From the NCBI GenBank assembly GCA_964016885.1, contig OZ024744.1, forward strand, positions 29,946,001 through 30,010,000: a stretch of 64,000 nt of DNA, given 5' to 3'. Positions 1 to 11,559 of this stretch are shown in pieces. Source of the stretch: Eledone cirrhosa (taxonomy: Eukaryota). Position 1 is the first letter of the stretch. Every line of letters starts with the position of its first letter. Below the pieces are notes generated by a model. The model was not told where the DNA came from. It made no database searches and saw nothing but the letters and a program-made list of their open reading frames with translations. The translations under genes and the position numbers were made by a program.

Positions 1-14
1 ATGGACATACTTTA

Positions 15-15
<1 letters not shown>

Positions 16-67
<52 letters not shown>
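16..67. repeat. (TA)n microsatellite
   Basis: Pure TA run. Confidence 0.95.
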
Positions 68-72
<5 letters not shown>

Positions 73-94
73 ATAGAGGTGTAACACACAAGTT

Positions 95-240
95 ATTATA
101 TTTTGGTAAACGGAATAGAAAATGCTGACAAATTGTTCACAGTTGAAAGATGGTTTAATTAGGAATAAAAGAGTATTAGTGATTGTATGGGTTAGTATTC
201 AGTTGTGGTTTTAAGTTTTTAAGTTTTTACCGGTTGCGCA
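95..240 (-). mobile_element. Very decayed LINE ORF2 C-terminal remnant (CR1/L2-like)
   Basis: Minus strand reads roughly LKPQLNTNPYNH*YSFIPN*TIFQL with a frameshift to NNLS. This resembles the Y/HSFFPRTI..WNxL tail of CR1/L2-group ORF2. Heavily mutated. Confidence 0.3.
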
Positions 241-468
241 TTTCTAAATACTTTTCAAAAATAATTTTGAGATAGAGTGTCCGTGTTGTTTGCTCTGATC
301 TGATTAGTTTTGGGAATTCTACCTGTTTTTATGTTAAAAAAGTGGCTCCAGCGCTACTTGGTGTTGCAAAAATTCTTGTGGTCAAAACAATTTAGATTGG
401 TCGGTAGAGGTCATGTGAATAAAAAATTGATTTTGCGCCAAGACTGAGAAATGACTCTTTCACAACAA

Positions 469-469
<1 letters not shown>

Positions 470-522
<53 letters not shown>

Positions 523-533
523 TAGTAGTAGTA
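470..533. repeat. (TG)n followed by (TAG)n microsatellite
   Basis: Direct reading. Confidence 0.95.
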
Positions 534-600
534 AAGTGTTCGATGTTGTGATAATGGTTAGCAGGGATGTTTGTCAAATGGCTATTAAGATAAAACAAAG

Positions 601-1210
<610 letters not shown>

Positions 1211-1217
1211 AGCAATA

Positions 1218-2052
1218 ACCTTCTTTGAGAAAACTGAATTTAGAGATCCACAGACATGGAACTGGTTGAGAAGAGGAGACCTCAAAAAGGCTACAAAAGG
1301 AATGCTAATGGCTGTGCAAGAGCAGGCCCTCAAAACGAAGTGGTTGAAGCACCATATTTACAAGGAGGAGGCTAGCCCACTGTGCAGGATCTGTGGAGAG
1401 AGAGAGGAGACTGAGGCTCACATTGTGTCCGAGTGTAAACACCTAGCCCAGACCCACTATAAGGGCTGGAGACACGATGTGATGGGCAGGGTGATCCACT
1501 GGCACCTATGCAAAGTAAACAATTTACCACATTCTGAGAAATGGTATGAGCATAGGCCAGAGGCGGTGATGGAGAACAATCAGGTGAAGGTGCTGTGGGA
1601 TTTTAGGATACAGACGGACTAGAAACTGGAACACAATAGACCTGACCTGGTGGTTGTGGACAAAGAAAAAAGATCGTGTCTGATTGTGGATGTGGCCTGC
1701 CCGTTCGACACGAGAGTGCAAGAGAAGGAGAGGGAGAAAATTAACCGATACCAGGACCTAAAGTGGGAGGTGAAAAGGATTTGGAACTGCCATGAAGTCA
1801 AAGTGTTCCCGATTGTCATAGGCGCACTGGGGACTATCTCCAAAAGTTTCCAGGGATGGTTAAAGAAAATCGGCCCCTTCACGCTTTTTGGAAGGCTTCA
1901 AAAGGCATGCTTGCTTGGAACAGCAAGAACCCTCCGATACGTCCTGAATATCTGAGGCTGCAGGTAGTGGCTTGATATTCAATCCAACGGACTTTCCTGT
2001 TAACCAACATCAATGACTGAGATTCAAGGAATAACGAAACAACAATAATAAT
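1218..2052 (+). mobile_element. R4/Dong-like non-LTR retrotransposon, 5'-truncated (CCHC knuckle plus restriction-like endonuclease), one in-frame stop
   Basis: CRICGEREETEAHIVSEC zinc knuckle; RPDLVVVDKEKRSCLIVDVACP (PD..D RLE motif); PIVIGALG; QKACLLGTARTLRYVL. TAG at 1620-1622. Flanked by (AAT)n. Sister copy at 22240-23203. Confidence 0.9.
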
Positions 2053-2059
2053 ATACATA

Positions 2060-2094
2060 TTCATATATATACACACACACGCACGCACATAAGC

Positions 2095-2126
<32 letters not shown>
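2060..2126. repeat. (TA)/(CA)n microsatellite
   Basis: Direct reading. Confidence 0.9.
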
Positions 2127-2136
2127 CCGATAGCAA

Positions 2137-3704
2137 CTAACAGTGCTGCGATCGAATGTGGCTTTTTAGCCCAGCCAATGATCTAAAATGTCTTGCACAG
2201 AGTCGGCAACCAAAACATTCACTGGGAATAGTCGGCTGTGGTTGGAGTTCGTGTACTTTTGCATGTCGTTTGAGCCCTCCTGCTGATTTACATTCTCTAC
2301 CACATGTTTGGCAAGCATGATGAGTAGCATCTCCAACAGCAGCCTGGTAGTCAACCACTGGTCTTACTTTATGACTGCGAAGATGACTTTCGAGTCCAGC
2401 TTTGCTTAGGCAGAGTCTCGCACATACGCTGCATGTCAGCACCATAGGAGGACCCTCGCCGTCTGGAAGTGCAACAGCAATGCCCTTCCTCACATCCCGC
2501 TTTACTTTCTCGTGTGCGATTCGAGATGCCTCAAAGGCAACTTTTCCCTCATATACAGTCTTTCTCCATTTATTACGATCAGCAGCAATATTTTCCCATG
2601 TATCAGCAGAGATGTTAGCGTCTTTCAGAGAGGCTTTCAAGGAATCCTTATACCTCTTTTTTGGTTTATGTGGCGGTCGTTTTCCTTTAACCAACTCTCC
2701 ATAGAAGAGTTGTTTTGGTATTCTAGAATCCTTCATCCTGGCAAGGTGACCACTCCAACGGATTCGTTGCTTAAGCACAAGAGCTTCTATACTGTCACAC
2801 ATAGAGCTTTCCAAAATCTCGACATCACTGATGTGGTCCCTCCAGTGAACGCCGTGGATCCATCTGAGACACATCTGATGGAAACGCTCCAATTGCTTAA
2901 GGTGGTGTCGATATGTGACCCAGGTCTCGCAGGCATAAAGAAGACAAGAGAGTACACATGCCCTGTACACCTTTACCTTTGTCCTCCTGCATATGTCTCG
3001 CCGACCCCAGAGTCGCCTTTCTAGCTTTCCGAAAGCATCACTTGCTTTCCTAATCCTAAGTGAGATTTCACTGTCAAGGTTGCTGTATCGATTGACAGGG
3101 CTTCCCAGGTAGACAAACTGATCAATCACTCCAAGTCGTTTGCCATACACATAGATGTTTGGTTCAGTCTACTGCTTACCAGGGGCAGGTTGGTACATGA
3201 CGACGGTTTTCTTGAGACTGACAGTCAATCCTAGGGCAGTGCAAGCGTCAGAATATGCATTCAAAATGTGCTGCATATCACTCTCTGTGTGCGCTACAAG
3301 ATCGGCTCCGACATGTTACCTCCGACATTAACCCAAGCCTTCATGTCGTCATGGAAAGACCTAACTAAAGAAAGGAACTTATCAGGGCAACCAAGTTTCT
3401 GGAGAACATTCCATAATGCATCTCTGTTGACAGTATCGAAAGCCTTTGTCAGATCGACAAAAACCTGATACAGATCCAAGCCTTGTTTAATGCACTTCTC
3501 CTGGAGCTGTCTGGCTGAGAAGATCATATCAGTAGTGCCGCGTCCAGCACGAAAACCAGATTGACTTTCAGGAAGAACACAATCTGCAATGTGTGTCAGC
3601 AGACGGTCCAGAAGCACCCTACATAAAACTTTCCCTACGACAGAAAGCAATGATATACCTCTGTAGTTCCCACAATCATTCCTCTTACCCTTTCCCTTGT
3701 ACAA
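2137..3704 (-). mobile_element. RTE-clade LINE, 5'-truncated and internally deleted (partial RT, three C-terminal C2H2 fingers)
   Basis: YKGKG..DCGNYRGISLLS, PESQSGFRAGRGTTDMIF, FVDLTKAFDTVNR, FVYLGS, YACETW, RWSGHLARM..RIPKQLFYGEL. The QG and YADD segment is missing at ~3305, and there is a stop near 3170. Confidence 0.93.
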
Positions 3705-3821
3705 TATATAACAGTTTTACAAATAAGCTTTGACGTACCCTATCCGGATGACTTCCAAAAACAATGGTTGCATTTTAATAGGGTACGTCAAAGCTTATTT
3801 GTAAAACTGTTATATATTGTA
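3700..3821. repeat. Perfect 44-bp inverted repeat with 34-bp spacer
   Basis: 3700-3743 is the exact reverse complement of 3778-3821. Confidence 0.95.
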
Positions 3822-3884
3822 TTTTGTCTGATGAAGGCATACCATAATTTAATTTGGTATCCCTGAAATATGTATAATGAAATA
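3820..3884 (+). ncRNA. Putative type-I hammerhead ribozyme
   Basis: TATTTTGT-CTGATGA-AGGcATACCA(loop)TGGTATcCCT-GAAA-TATGTA-TA-ATGAAATA. Canonical core, 9-bp stem II with one mismatch, 8-bp stem I (2 G-U), near-palindromic stem III. Confidence 0.65.
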
Positions 3885-4179
3885 AATATGGTTTTATAAA
3901 TATAGTTTCCATTTATTAATATCGTATATCTACTCCAAATACTTGTCGAGTGCTTTATATCAGTTATAAAAATATTTACTTGTTGTATCCCAACAATTTT
4001 AAATAGAACTTTTGCATATATATATATATATATATATTTCAATTAAGCTCATATTTATCTCTGCTGTTCATGGTAATTCTTAAATGTTTACTACTACCTG
4101 AAATCTTATTTTTATAACCAGATTTGGCAAAGACTTCATTTTGGTTTAACATTTCCTCATTAGCTGACTTCCCATGATA

Positions 4180-4670
4180 ATTGAAACCAGCAGGCCTCGA
4201 CCACGGGGACGGCAAGAGTCCCGATGGAATCACCCTTTTCCATTCGAAGGAGGTAGATCCCTCATCTGGGACGCCACATGTTGTGATATGTTCTCCGCAT
4301 CCAACTTAGTCACTTCGGGCACAAACCCCGGTACCGCGGCCCGCCATGCAGAGGAAAGGAAGATAAGCAAATACCTGGGATTGTCCAGCTGCTTCCTCTT
4401 CGCACCAGTCACCGTCGTGACTTCAGATGTACTTGGGCCCTGTATTGTCGAGCACTTCCGCAAGATCGGAACGTCGGTGGCCCGTCTGAGGAAGGAGCCC
4501 CGCGAGGTTTGGTGGCTGTTGCAGCGGATGTCACTGGCCATTATCCGTGGGATAGCTTTTGCGGTCATGTCCCCAGGGCGCAGCCTTATTACTGCCGCAC
4601 CCTAGGCCCGGAGCCAAAACATCCTGTGCTTCTCGCTCCTCATTCTTTTGTGACACTGGTCCACTGGTAT
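4180..4670 (+). mobile_element. CRE-clade-like non-LTR retrotransposon 3' fragment (RLE domain)
   Basis: LKPAGLDHGDGKSPDGITL, a frameshift, then PFEGGRSLIWDATCCD..AARHAEERKISKY..FAPV..QRMSLAIIRG; typical CRE RLE C-terminus. Confidence 0.8.
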
Positions 4671-4673
4671 GTA

Positions 4674-5095
4674 CTCTCGGATCTCGAAAAATCACCCCCT
4701 TCCCGCATATTAATTTTTTGTTTTGTTTTTTCCATCACCACCATCCCGCTCTTATACCTCTCCCCCTCTTATTAAATGTTGTTAATCTATTTCCGGCAAC
4801 ATTTTTATTTTAAGTGGTAACATTTCTGCGACAATTAATTTTCTTTATACATTAACAAACATTATACATGATAAAAAAAAGTACATTACCAGGAATTTCA
4901 TATAAAATAAATAGGATGGTTGGGGTCTCAATATGTAAACTAAACGACTAATTCTGTTTTTTTTAAAATCAAGTGAAACAATCTAGAAAAATTAACGAAC
5001 GCACCCCCTCCCCGCTTATTCCTCACCCCACTCCCACGTTTATTCCAAGTGCACAGCTTATTCAACCACCGCCCCTATTATTTGAGACCCGAGAG
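4674..5095. mobile_element. MITE (Tc1/mariner/pogo-type) with TA target duplication
   Basis: TA|CTCTCGGATCTCGAA at the left end and TTTGAGACCCGAGAG|TA at the right end; imperfect TIRs, no coding capacity. Confidence 0.7.
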
Positions 5096-5174
5096 TAGTT
5101 AGAAAGTCTATGTACATAGTAAACATATTCACCCGGTCTATATAACCAGGTTTCTAATTCAAAAGTAACATCTT

Positions 5175-5293
5175 CTATATACTCTAATGCATAGTATATA
5201 GTTCTACTACTCTATACTATAATACATAGTATATAGTTCTACTGCTATATACTATAATACATAGTATATAGTTCTACTGCTATATACTATAAT
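5175..5293. repeat. 35-bp minisatellite, ~3.4 copies, each with an 11-bp hairpin
   Basis: Unit CTATATACTAT-AATAC-ATAGTATATAG-TTCTACTG. Confidence 0.9.
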
Positions 5294-5471
5294 TGTTTCT
5301 ACTTTAGGCTCAAGGCCAGCAAATACCCAGTGCATTACTGGTACTTTATTTTATCGATCCCCGTAAGGATGAAAGGCAAAGTTAACCTCGGCGGGATTTG
5401 AACTCAGACCATAAAGGGGCGTAACTCTATACTGCAAAGCATGGCGTCTTACCCTCTACTGGTACCGCCAA
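5291..5471 (-). mobile_element. tRNA-derived SINE
   Basis: Reverse complement of the copies at 16110 and 17115; B-box-like GAGTTCAAATCCC and core CTTTGCCTTTCATCCTTACGGGG.TCGATAAAATAAAGTACCAG. Confidence 0.88.
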
Positions 5472-5835
5472 ATATTCCATATTAATGAAATTCTTCCATT
5501 TACCATATTCTTTATATATCATTTGTTGAAACACGTGTAAGACTAATACAAATGTTTTAAATTCCTTCAAAATTCCTCTATCTTCTTGAAATGCTCTCTA
5601 CACTTACACTCATAAAATATCCAGTATTTATTTATCCAAAGTTTTAATTCCTGATTCCATATGGCTTATAACTTGGATGAGCAGATTCCTTAAATTTACT
5701 GACTGTAGGAACACAACTTGAAATTTATTTAACATAACTTTACCAACTTCAATTTTCCAAAATGTACTCTTGTTGTTATAACGTTGCGCCTCTCCATCTT
5801 TCATTGACCAACTATTTATTTACCAGTATGATAGC

Positions 5836-6028
5836 CTCTCTCTCTCTCACACACACTCACATACACAAACATACTCTCTCTTCCTCCTTTACTCACCCTC
5901 CTCTCTCTCTGCTTATCTCTCTCTCACTCTATTTCACATTCTCTCTCCCTCCCTCTCTCTCCTTCTTTCTATCTCTCTCTCACTCTCTTTCTCACCCTAA
6001 ACGCACATATATAAACACGCACACATGC
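5836..6028. repeat. Degenerate (CT)n/(CA)n low-complexity tract
   Basis: Direct reading. Confidence 0.8.
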
Positions 6029-6315
6029 ACAGGACCTCTTATCTTTTTTGACGAAAGTCTATTTATACCCCCCCCCCTCCCGGCGTTATTATTTGCACAA
6101 TATGTCTGCACTGTATCCTGTCGTGTTTTCAGTCGTAAGACTTTTATTGTAATTTGTTTGCGATTTGTAGTCATAGTCGAAAGCCACTCACTGTGTTGTT
6201 GTGTTATCTCATATGCAACCTTCCATTGGCCAGTTCAAGCTGCCGTGCAATGACACCCTTGTGCTCGAAATTGCATTCCCCAGGTGCTAGCGCAGAAGGA
6301 AGCAGATGTTTTTGT

Positions 6316-7400
6316 CACCATCATTTTAACGTCTGTTTTCCCTTCTAGCAAGGGTTGGACGGGTCTATATAGACCTTGTCAGTACTGAAGCGGTGGCTCC
6401 TAATCTAAACAAACCAGAGATCTGTCGTTTCGCTTATCTACGGTATCACGTTCTAACCTGTACTCAGCGGAGATTATCGTGTATGTACTAAGTGCGTTAT
6501 TGTGTGGATCCCCAACACTAGGGAGGCTGTCATGTCCTTGACTGAAAGGTCCTCGCGACCCTTTGTTTGGTTAAGCTTTTGCGGCTGGATGTCCTATCAC
6601 TAACCACTTCACAATGTGACAGGAGCTAGGAATGTGTGTGTGTGTGGGGGGGATAGGGTGTATGTGGTGAAGTAGCGTAGTGGTATTGAGGATAGCAGTT
6701 AGTGGAAGGAAGATGGTCAGGCCACATTGAATGCTTCAGGTAGGGTCTTCTTCGGCACATAGCGTAAACCCTCATAGTCTTTAGTCACTTCTGTTGTGAG
6801 GTTTAGTTGTTTTAATGTCAGTCTTCACAACCCCATCCTATGTCTTTCTGGGTCTACTTCTTTCACGGGACCCAGTAAATGGGATTTCTCTACATTTATC
6901 TTCCATACCCATATCAACGTAGTTTTCTCTCATACACACTACAAACAATTCCTCTTATGCCAAGTTTTTATCTCAGTTTGCTTATGCTATGTCACTCATG
7001 TACATTAACATTACACATCCGTCGGAGTATACTCGACTCATTTCTTTCTAGCCTCCACAAGTCTTTTGCTGTCAAGGTCCATGTTTCATTGTTATGTAAC
7101 ATTGCAGTTCGTACACTGTCATCATACAGTCTACCCTTCACTCTGAGAGAAAAGCATTTTGTTGTTAGCAGTGGTGATATATCTCTAAACTTCTTCCAGC
7201 CTATTCTTATCCTAGCTATCACACTCCCGGCACACCCTTCCCCAGTGCCAATTTGATATTCTAGGTAGCAAAAGCTGTCACCAACTTCTATGGAGTTCCC
7301 CTTAGAGAATCTGTGCTCTTTGTGCTCAATTCTTCCGTGCATCTGCCGCATGTAAAGTCTATCTTTTCCGTTAGTCTACCTACAATCCCACTACAAGAGG
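6316..7400 (-). mobile_element. Decayed RTE-clade LINE 3' portion with 3' UTR
   Basis: DSFCYL...RIRIGWKKFRDISPLL..LRVKGRLY..VRTAMLH..ETW..LERNESSILRRMC. The UTR boundary near 6316 is approximate. Confidence 0.75.
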
Positions 7401-7740
7401 ATATTATAGTAAAGAAAACACATAGAAAATAATGTCTTCGAATTGACATATCAATCTCCGCAATATGTCTACCAAGGAAATGAAGAAACTGTCTAAATAT
7501 AAAGATTGGAGACAGAAATAACTCGAGTGTGGAGGATGAACACAGAAACAATAACTATGATAATAGGTGCTCTGGGAATGATAAAAAAAACATACAGACA
7601 GATACATAACCAAAATCCGATGACTTACGAAAATGTACGACATACAGAAAATAACAATTCTAGGAAACAACACTACCAAAAACAACACTGCGCTGTGCTC
7701 AGAAATGCAGTGACAACACAATAAAAACAAGACTAATAAT
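7400..7740 (+). mobile_element. Decayed R4/Dong-like RLE C-terminal fragment (second family)
   Basis: DIIVK..IDISI..KEMKKLSKYKD.ETEITRVW.M.TETITMIIGALGMIKK, ending in AAT repeats. Confidence 0.75.
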
Positions 7741-7921
7741 AATTGTCTCTAACATTGGCAGAAGGCTAAAACATTTTGGAGGAAGGGAATTAGGGGAAGT
7801 TGATTGGTATTTTATTTTATCGACCACGGAAGGGTGAAAAGCAAAAGTGACGTTAATGGAAATTTGATCTCAAGAACCAGAAGAAATACTGCTAAGCATT
7901 CGCCCGATGCTTTAACGATTC
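7741..7921 (-). mobile_element. Diverged SINE copy
   Basis: TTTTATCGACCACGGAAGGGTGAAAAGCAAA matches the reverse complement of the SINE core. Confidence 0.7.
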
Positions 7922-7935
7922 TACTACTACTACTG

Positions 7936-8006
<71 letters not shown>

Positions 8007-8058
8007 GCTGCTGCTGCTGCTGCTATTGCTGCTACTACTACTACTACTACTGCTGCTG

Positions 8059-8129
<71 letters not shown>

Positions 8130-8166
8130 GCTGTTGCTGCTGCTGCTATTGCTGCTGCTACTGCTG

Positions 8167-8234
<68 letters not shown>

Positions 8235-8236
8235 GC
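7921..8236. repeat. (CTA)n/(CTG)n trinucleotide microsatellite
   Basis: Direct reading; source of the poly-L/S/V ORFs. Confidence 0.97.
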
Positions 8237-8850
8237 TTGTACACAATGTTCCTTGTTATTCCGTGTCGGGCATATGCAAAGAGATTTGTCTTGCTTCCCA
8301 CTCTTGAGCAACCAACTTATAGTTGCCCGTGTGAAAAACATGACTCTTCCAAAAGAAGACCAGCAACAGCTAGGGTCTGACCCTGGGATTTCTTGATAGA
8401 CATTGCAAAGCTGACACGGTCCGGTGAATGGTTCGTTGGTTGTCTGTTTCAAGCGCTCTTTGTGGCAGTACGTTCAGCATCTTGCGATCGTCGAATAGCA
8501 GATTCCACTGACGATTCGTTTGCCCGCCTTGTTCTTTTTCTTGCCGCTTTCGCAGTATTTCGGCCAATGGAGTATCCCTTCTTTCGAGGTATGACCTAAA
8601 AGCAGGACGAAGTACATTAAGACTAACTGGTAGAGTAAGGAGTAAACTCGTAAGTGATGCATGTGATTTCCGAACCGCTGACTATGTAATTGCTGGCCTT
8701 GTGCCAAAAGTAGTGGGACTTTTTGGGTGGCATATCGGCAGTAACAGTGACGATAAACCGTCTGTGCTTTCGTGAAATAAATACGTTTATTTATATTTTG
8801 TTTTTGTGTGTGCAAATATATCTGTACACGAATATATAATTATATATATA
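8236..8850 (-). mobile_element. Internally deleted Helitron (RepHel N-terminus joined to PIF1 helicase C-terminus)
   Basis: 8592-8435 reads (I)PRKKGYSIGRNTAKAARKRTRRANESSVESAIRRSQDAE..RALETDNQR. 8420-8238 reads RVSFAMSIKKSQGQTLAVAGLLLEESCFSHGQL*VGCSRVGSKTNL..TRNIVY (PIF1 motifs V/VI). Confidence 0.85.
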
Positions 8851-9324
8851 CTAGCAGAAGTACCCGGCTTTGCCCGGGTGTAAGTCGACCTTTGGTCTGT
8901 TAGAATGTGTGAAAGTTACTTCCCGCGCATCACAGGTTCAAAACTTCGAACTTCAATGAAAAAAAATAGGTTAGTAGACACAGGTGTGTAATTTATTAAT
9001 TGTAGTTACACAGTGTATCGTTGAAATTGTTCTCTGCACGACTGACGGAAGTCAACATCGCTTGATGTTGAATGTTCAGTTAATTTAAAGCAGGGTGAAA
9101 ATGTCGATTACTTTCAGGGTTTTGTTTTTTTTACAATTTTTTCCGCTCACATGTGCAGAAGAAGAATTAAAAGGGCCTTTATCTTAACCGCGGCATAATG
9201 GCGAGTCTTTTGTGACAGTTTTCAAGAATATAGGACGTTCCTGTAAAAAGTTTTCCCATGTGTAACTTTGCCTTGTTTTTTTGCGCAAAGTCGAGCCCCG
9301 CTTTAGTTTTATTGATTTTTGACA

Positions 9325-9910
9325 TCAATGCGTGATCTCTGAAGTAGATTTGCTAAAATCTGTCCCGGTAAATTTGCTATAGGTGAAAAAAAGTTGATCA
9401 AAATTGTATCTAGGGTTATTGCCCTTTGCCACAGCCTCAAGCCTCGTCTGACGGGATGTTGGTGATTCCTCCGTCAGCGCTTGTTGGCGACGAAGGCGAA
9501 CATCAGCAAGCCTTGTCGTACGTGATGTTGGTGACTCAACCAGCCGGGAAAGACGTCTATCAGCGAGTCGAGATTCGCGCTCAGCAGGTGTTTCCTAGAG
9601 AAAATTAATTAATTCTACTGGTTAGCTAAGCCAATGGCAGTGTCAATAGTAAATGAGAAAAGTCTAACATGAACAAAAGGGAATCAAGGTAAGACAATAA
9701 ATTTAATATAACTACGATTAGAATGTTGTAGTTGCTTAAAAGTAGTGACAGTTAGGATAAACGCAGTACTTGCTAACATTAAGGGAGAATATTCCATAAA
9801 GGATTAATCAATTGTGAATGAACTCATACCTGAGAACGCCCAATTCGTTGTCTCAAAGCAGTAGCTGTACCTTTTTTGGAGGTAAGTCTTGAACGTTTCC
9901 GTGTGGGCAT
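9325..9910 (-). CDS. Predicted two-coding-exon ORF (9910-9830 + 9594-9325), 116 aa, basic N-terminus plus STPR-like (E-S/T-P..R..RL) repeats of Helitron origin
   Basis: MPTRKRSRLTSKKGTATALRQRIGRSQ, then a phase-0 CAG|GTATGA...TTTTCTCTAG|G intron, then ETPAERESRLADRRLSRLV ESPTSRTTRLADVRLRRQQALTE ESPTSRQTRLEAVAKG...TH*. Confidence 0.65.
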
Positions 9911-10092
9911 AACGACGTGTAACGAAGCTGTTAGGTTAGAGAGAAGTGATTAAATACAGAGAGAGATGACACCAGATTCGTTAGCATGGTTACTGGTGAA
10001 GGTTTGGAAATATGATTACAACAACTTACCGAATTTTCCGGTCTATAAATTGCACTTAAAATAATTAAATTTAATAAAAAAACAGCTCTGCG

Positions 10093-10099
10093 TTTTATA
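10093..10099 (-). promoter_or_regulatory. TATA box of the Helitron mini-gene
   Basis: TATAAAA on the minus strand, ~65 nt upstream of a perfect GTAAGT donor (10029). The matching acceptor CTCTAACCTAACAG (9928) lies 17 nt before the ATG. Confidence 0.55.
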
Positions 10100-11559
10100 C
10101 TCCGGCGAGCCTTATGTATAAATAATACAATGGTAATCAATCACGGCTCTAACAGAAGTAATAGATCTAGACTAAAAGTAAAGAAGATAGCATTTTCCTG
10201 GTTGGCCTTACACGCCGTTGCGCGGACCTGATTTTAAATGATACGCCTTATATCCTGGTGAGCCTTATAGAGCGGAAAATATCTATTGGAAAAGAATACG
10301 AATTCATGACCAAGGTGTGATAAAATAGGCGTCTATACAGCGCCTGAAACAAACTTGTCCAAAACCCTAGGATTTTTCTCGTTAAGTATCCACCCAAAAG
10401 GAACCGTTTTTTAGTTACAAAAAATAACCAAAGTGTATAGTAGCTATATTTCTGACATATCATGCCAAAAAGAACAATATATTCAAAAAATGTTCTAAAG
10501 TACATTCAATCTCTCTTTTTGACCGATATCTTAATAAGCAAGTTATCGATTTTTTATTGGCTGTCAGTATCTATCTGCATGCAGGTGTGCACGTGTGCGC
10601 AATTAATTGCAAATACGCTCATAACATTTAGTCGTAAGCAGAACAAAAAATGCCATTAGAGGTGGGCTAATAATGAAGACACAAAAGCTGGTGAACTTAC
10701 GTTTAAGCACCCGAAAAGTTACTCACTTCCTGTGCAAACGACTGTAACAGTAGTAATATAAATAAATTAATTTTTTAGAACTTTGTATGTGTACAATACA
10801 ACTTGGTCAACGTATTATTTAGTAATTCTTTTTTTTCAAAAAGCATGATTATTTAAGACTGTTTGAAAATTTACTCACATCTTTTAGCATCACAAAAGAC
10901 ACCATTAAATTTGGTTCCCTTTTCAGATAGGGATAATACTGTACTTCAACTTGAATAAGGTGGAATATGAAAAGATAAACTCTTTAATGGTCGGTCGTTT
11001 ACTGAAACAGCTGGGAAGACATGCATCTGGCCGTCCAATCAATAACGCACGTCCTTATATGGGCATATGAAATTTATTTTTATTGCGCCAGATGTAAACT
11101 AAGAGTTCTTGTGTTCGAATTCACATAAAATTTCATTGGAATCGAAAAACATTCTGTCATAGGGCCCGATTATCGATTTTTCGAAAGTTTCAAGTAGCCT
11201 ATTCCACTCTACGCGTTGAGTTTTATATATGTGTGAGGTTTCATGAAAATTGGATGAACGGTGTAGCATGCAAGTTGGGAACACCAAACAATGTCCATCT
11301 TCCCTTTATATATATAGATATACATTAAAATAACAGATTAAAGTTTAAGCAATGAATCGCTGCTTTCACTCTTAACGGAATCTTCTGAAACTAAAAAAAT
11401 CAATCTGTAAACGCAGAAGTAAATATTTCGAAAACCGTTGTGGCCGAAGGAAAACAGGAAGACGATACTTTGGTTCATGAAGACGTTCCCTGGCAATGAA
11501 CGGAAAATAGCGAAGATAATACGTCTGAAATGAGAACAATATTAGTCACAATGTCGTAA

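Larger units (their letters stand above)
8851..11318 (-). mobile_element. Non-autonomous Helitron with intact termini
   Basis: Minus-strand 5' end A|TCTATATATATAAAG at 11318. 3' end hairpin ACCCGG-GCAAAG-CCGGGT then ACTTCTG-CTAG|T at 8851. Inserted at an A|T site with no TSD. Confidence 0.85.

Noticed and set aside
2137-3150. Host C2H2 zinc-finger gene
   Set aside because: The fingers are the C-terminus of an RTE retrotransposon ORF, contiguous with RT thumb-region motifs.
9426-9608. 60-aa + strand ORF in the ORF track
   Set aside because: Antisense shadow of the minus-strand STPR-like exon.
11474-11514. ATGAAGA-CGTTC..GAACG-GAAA hammerhead-like string
   Set aside because: Stem II is good, but C3 is missing and there is no UH triplet; kept only as a weak relic, not annotated.
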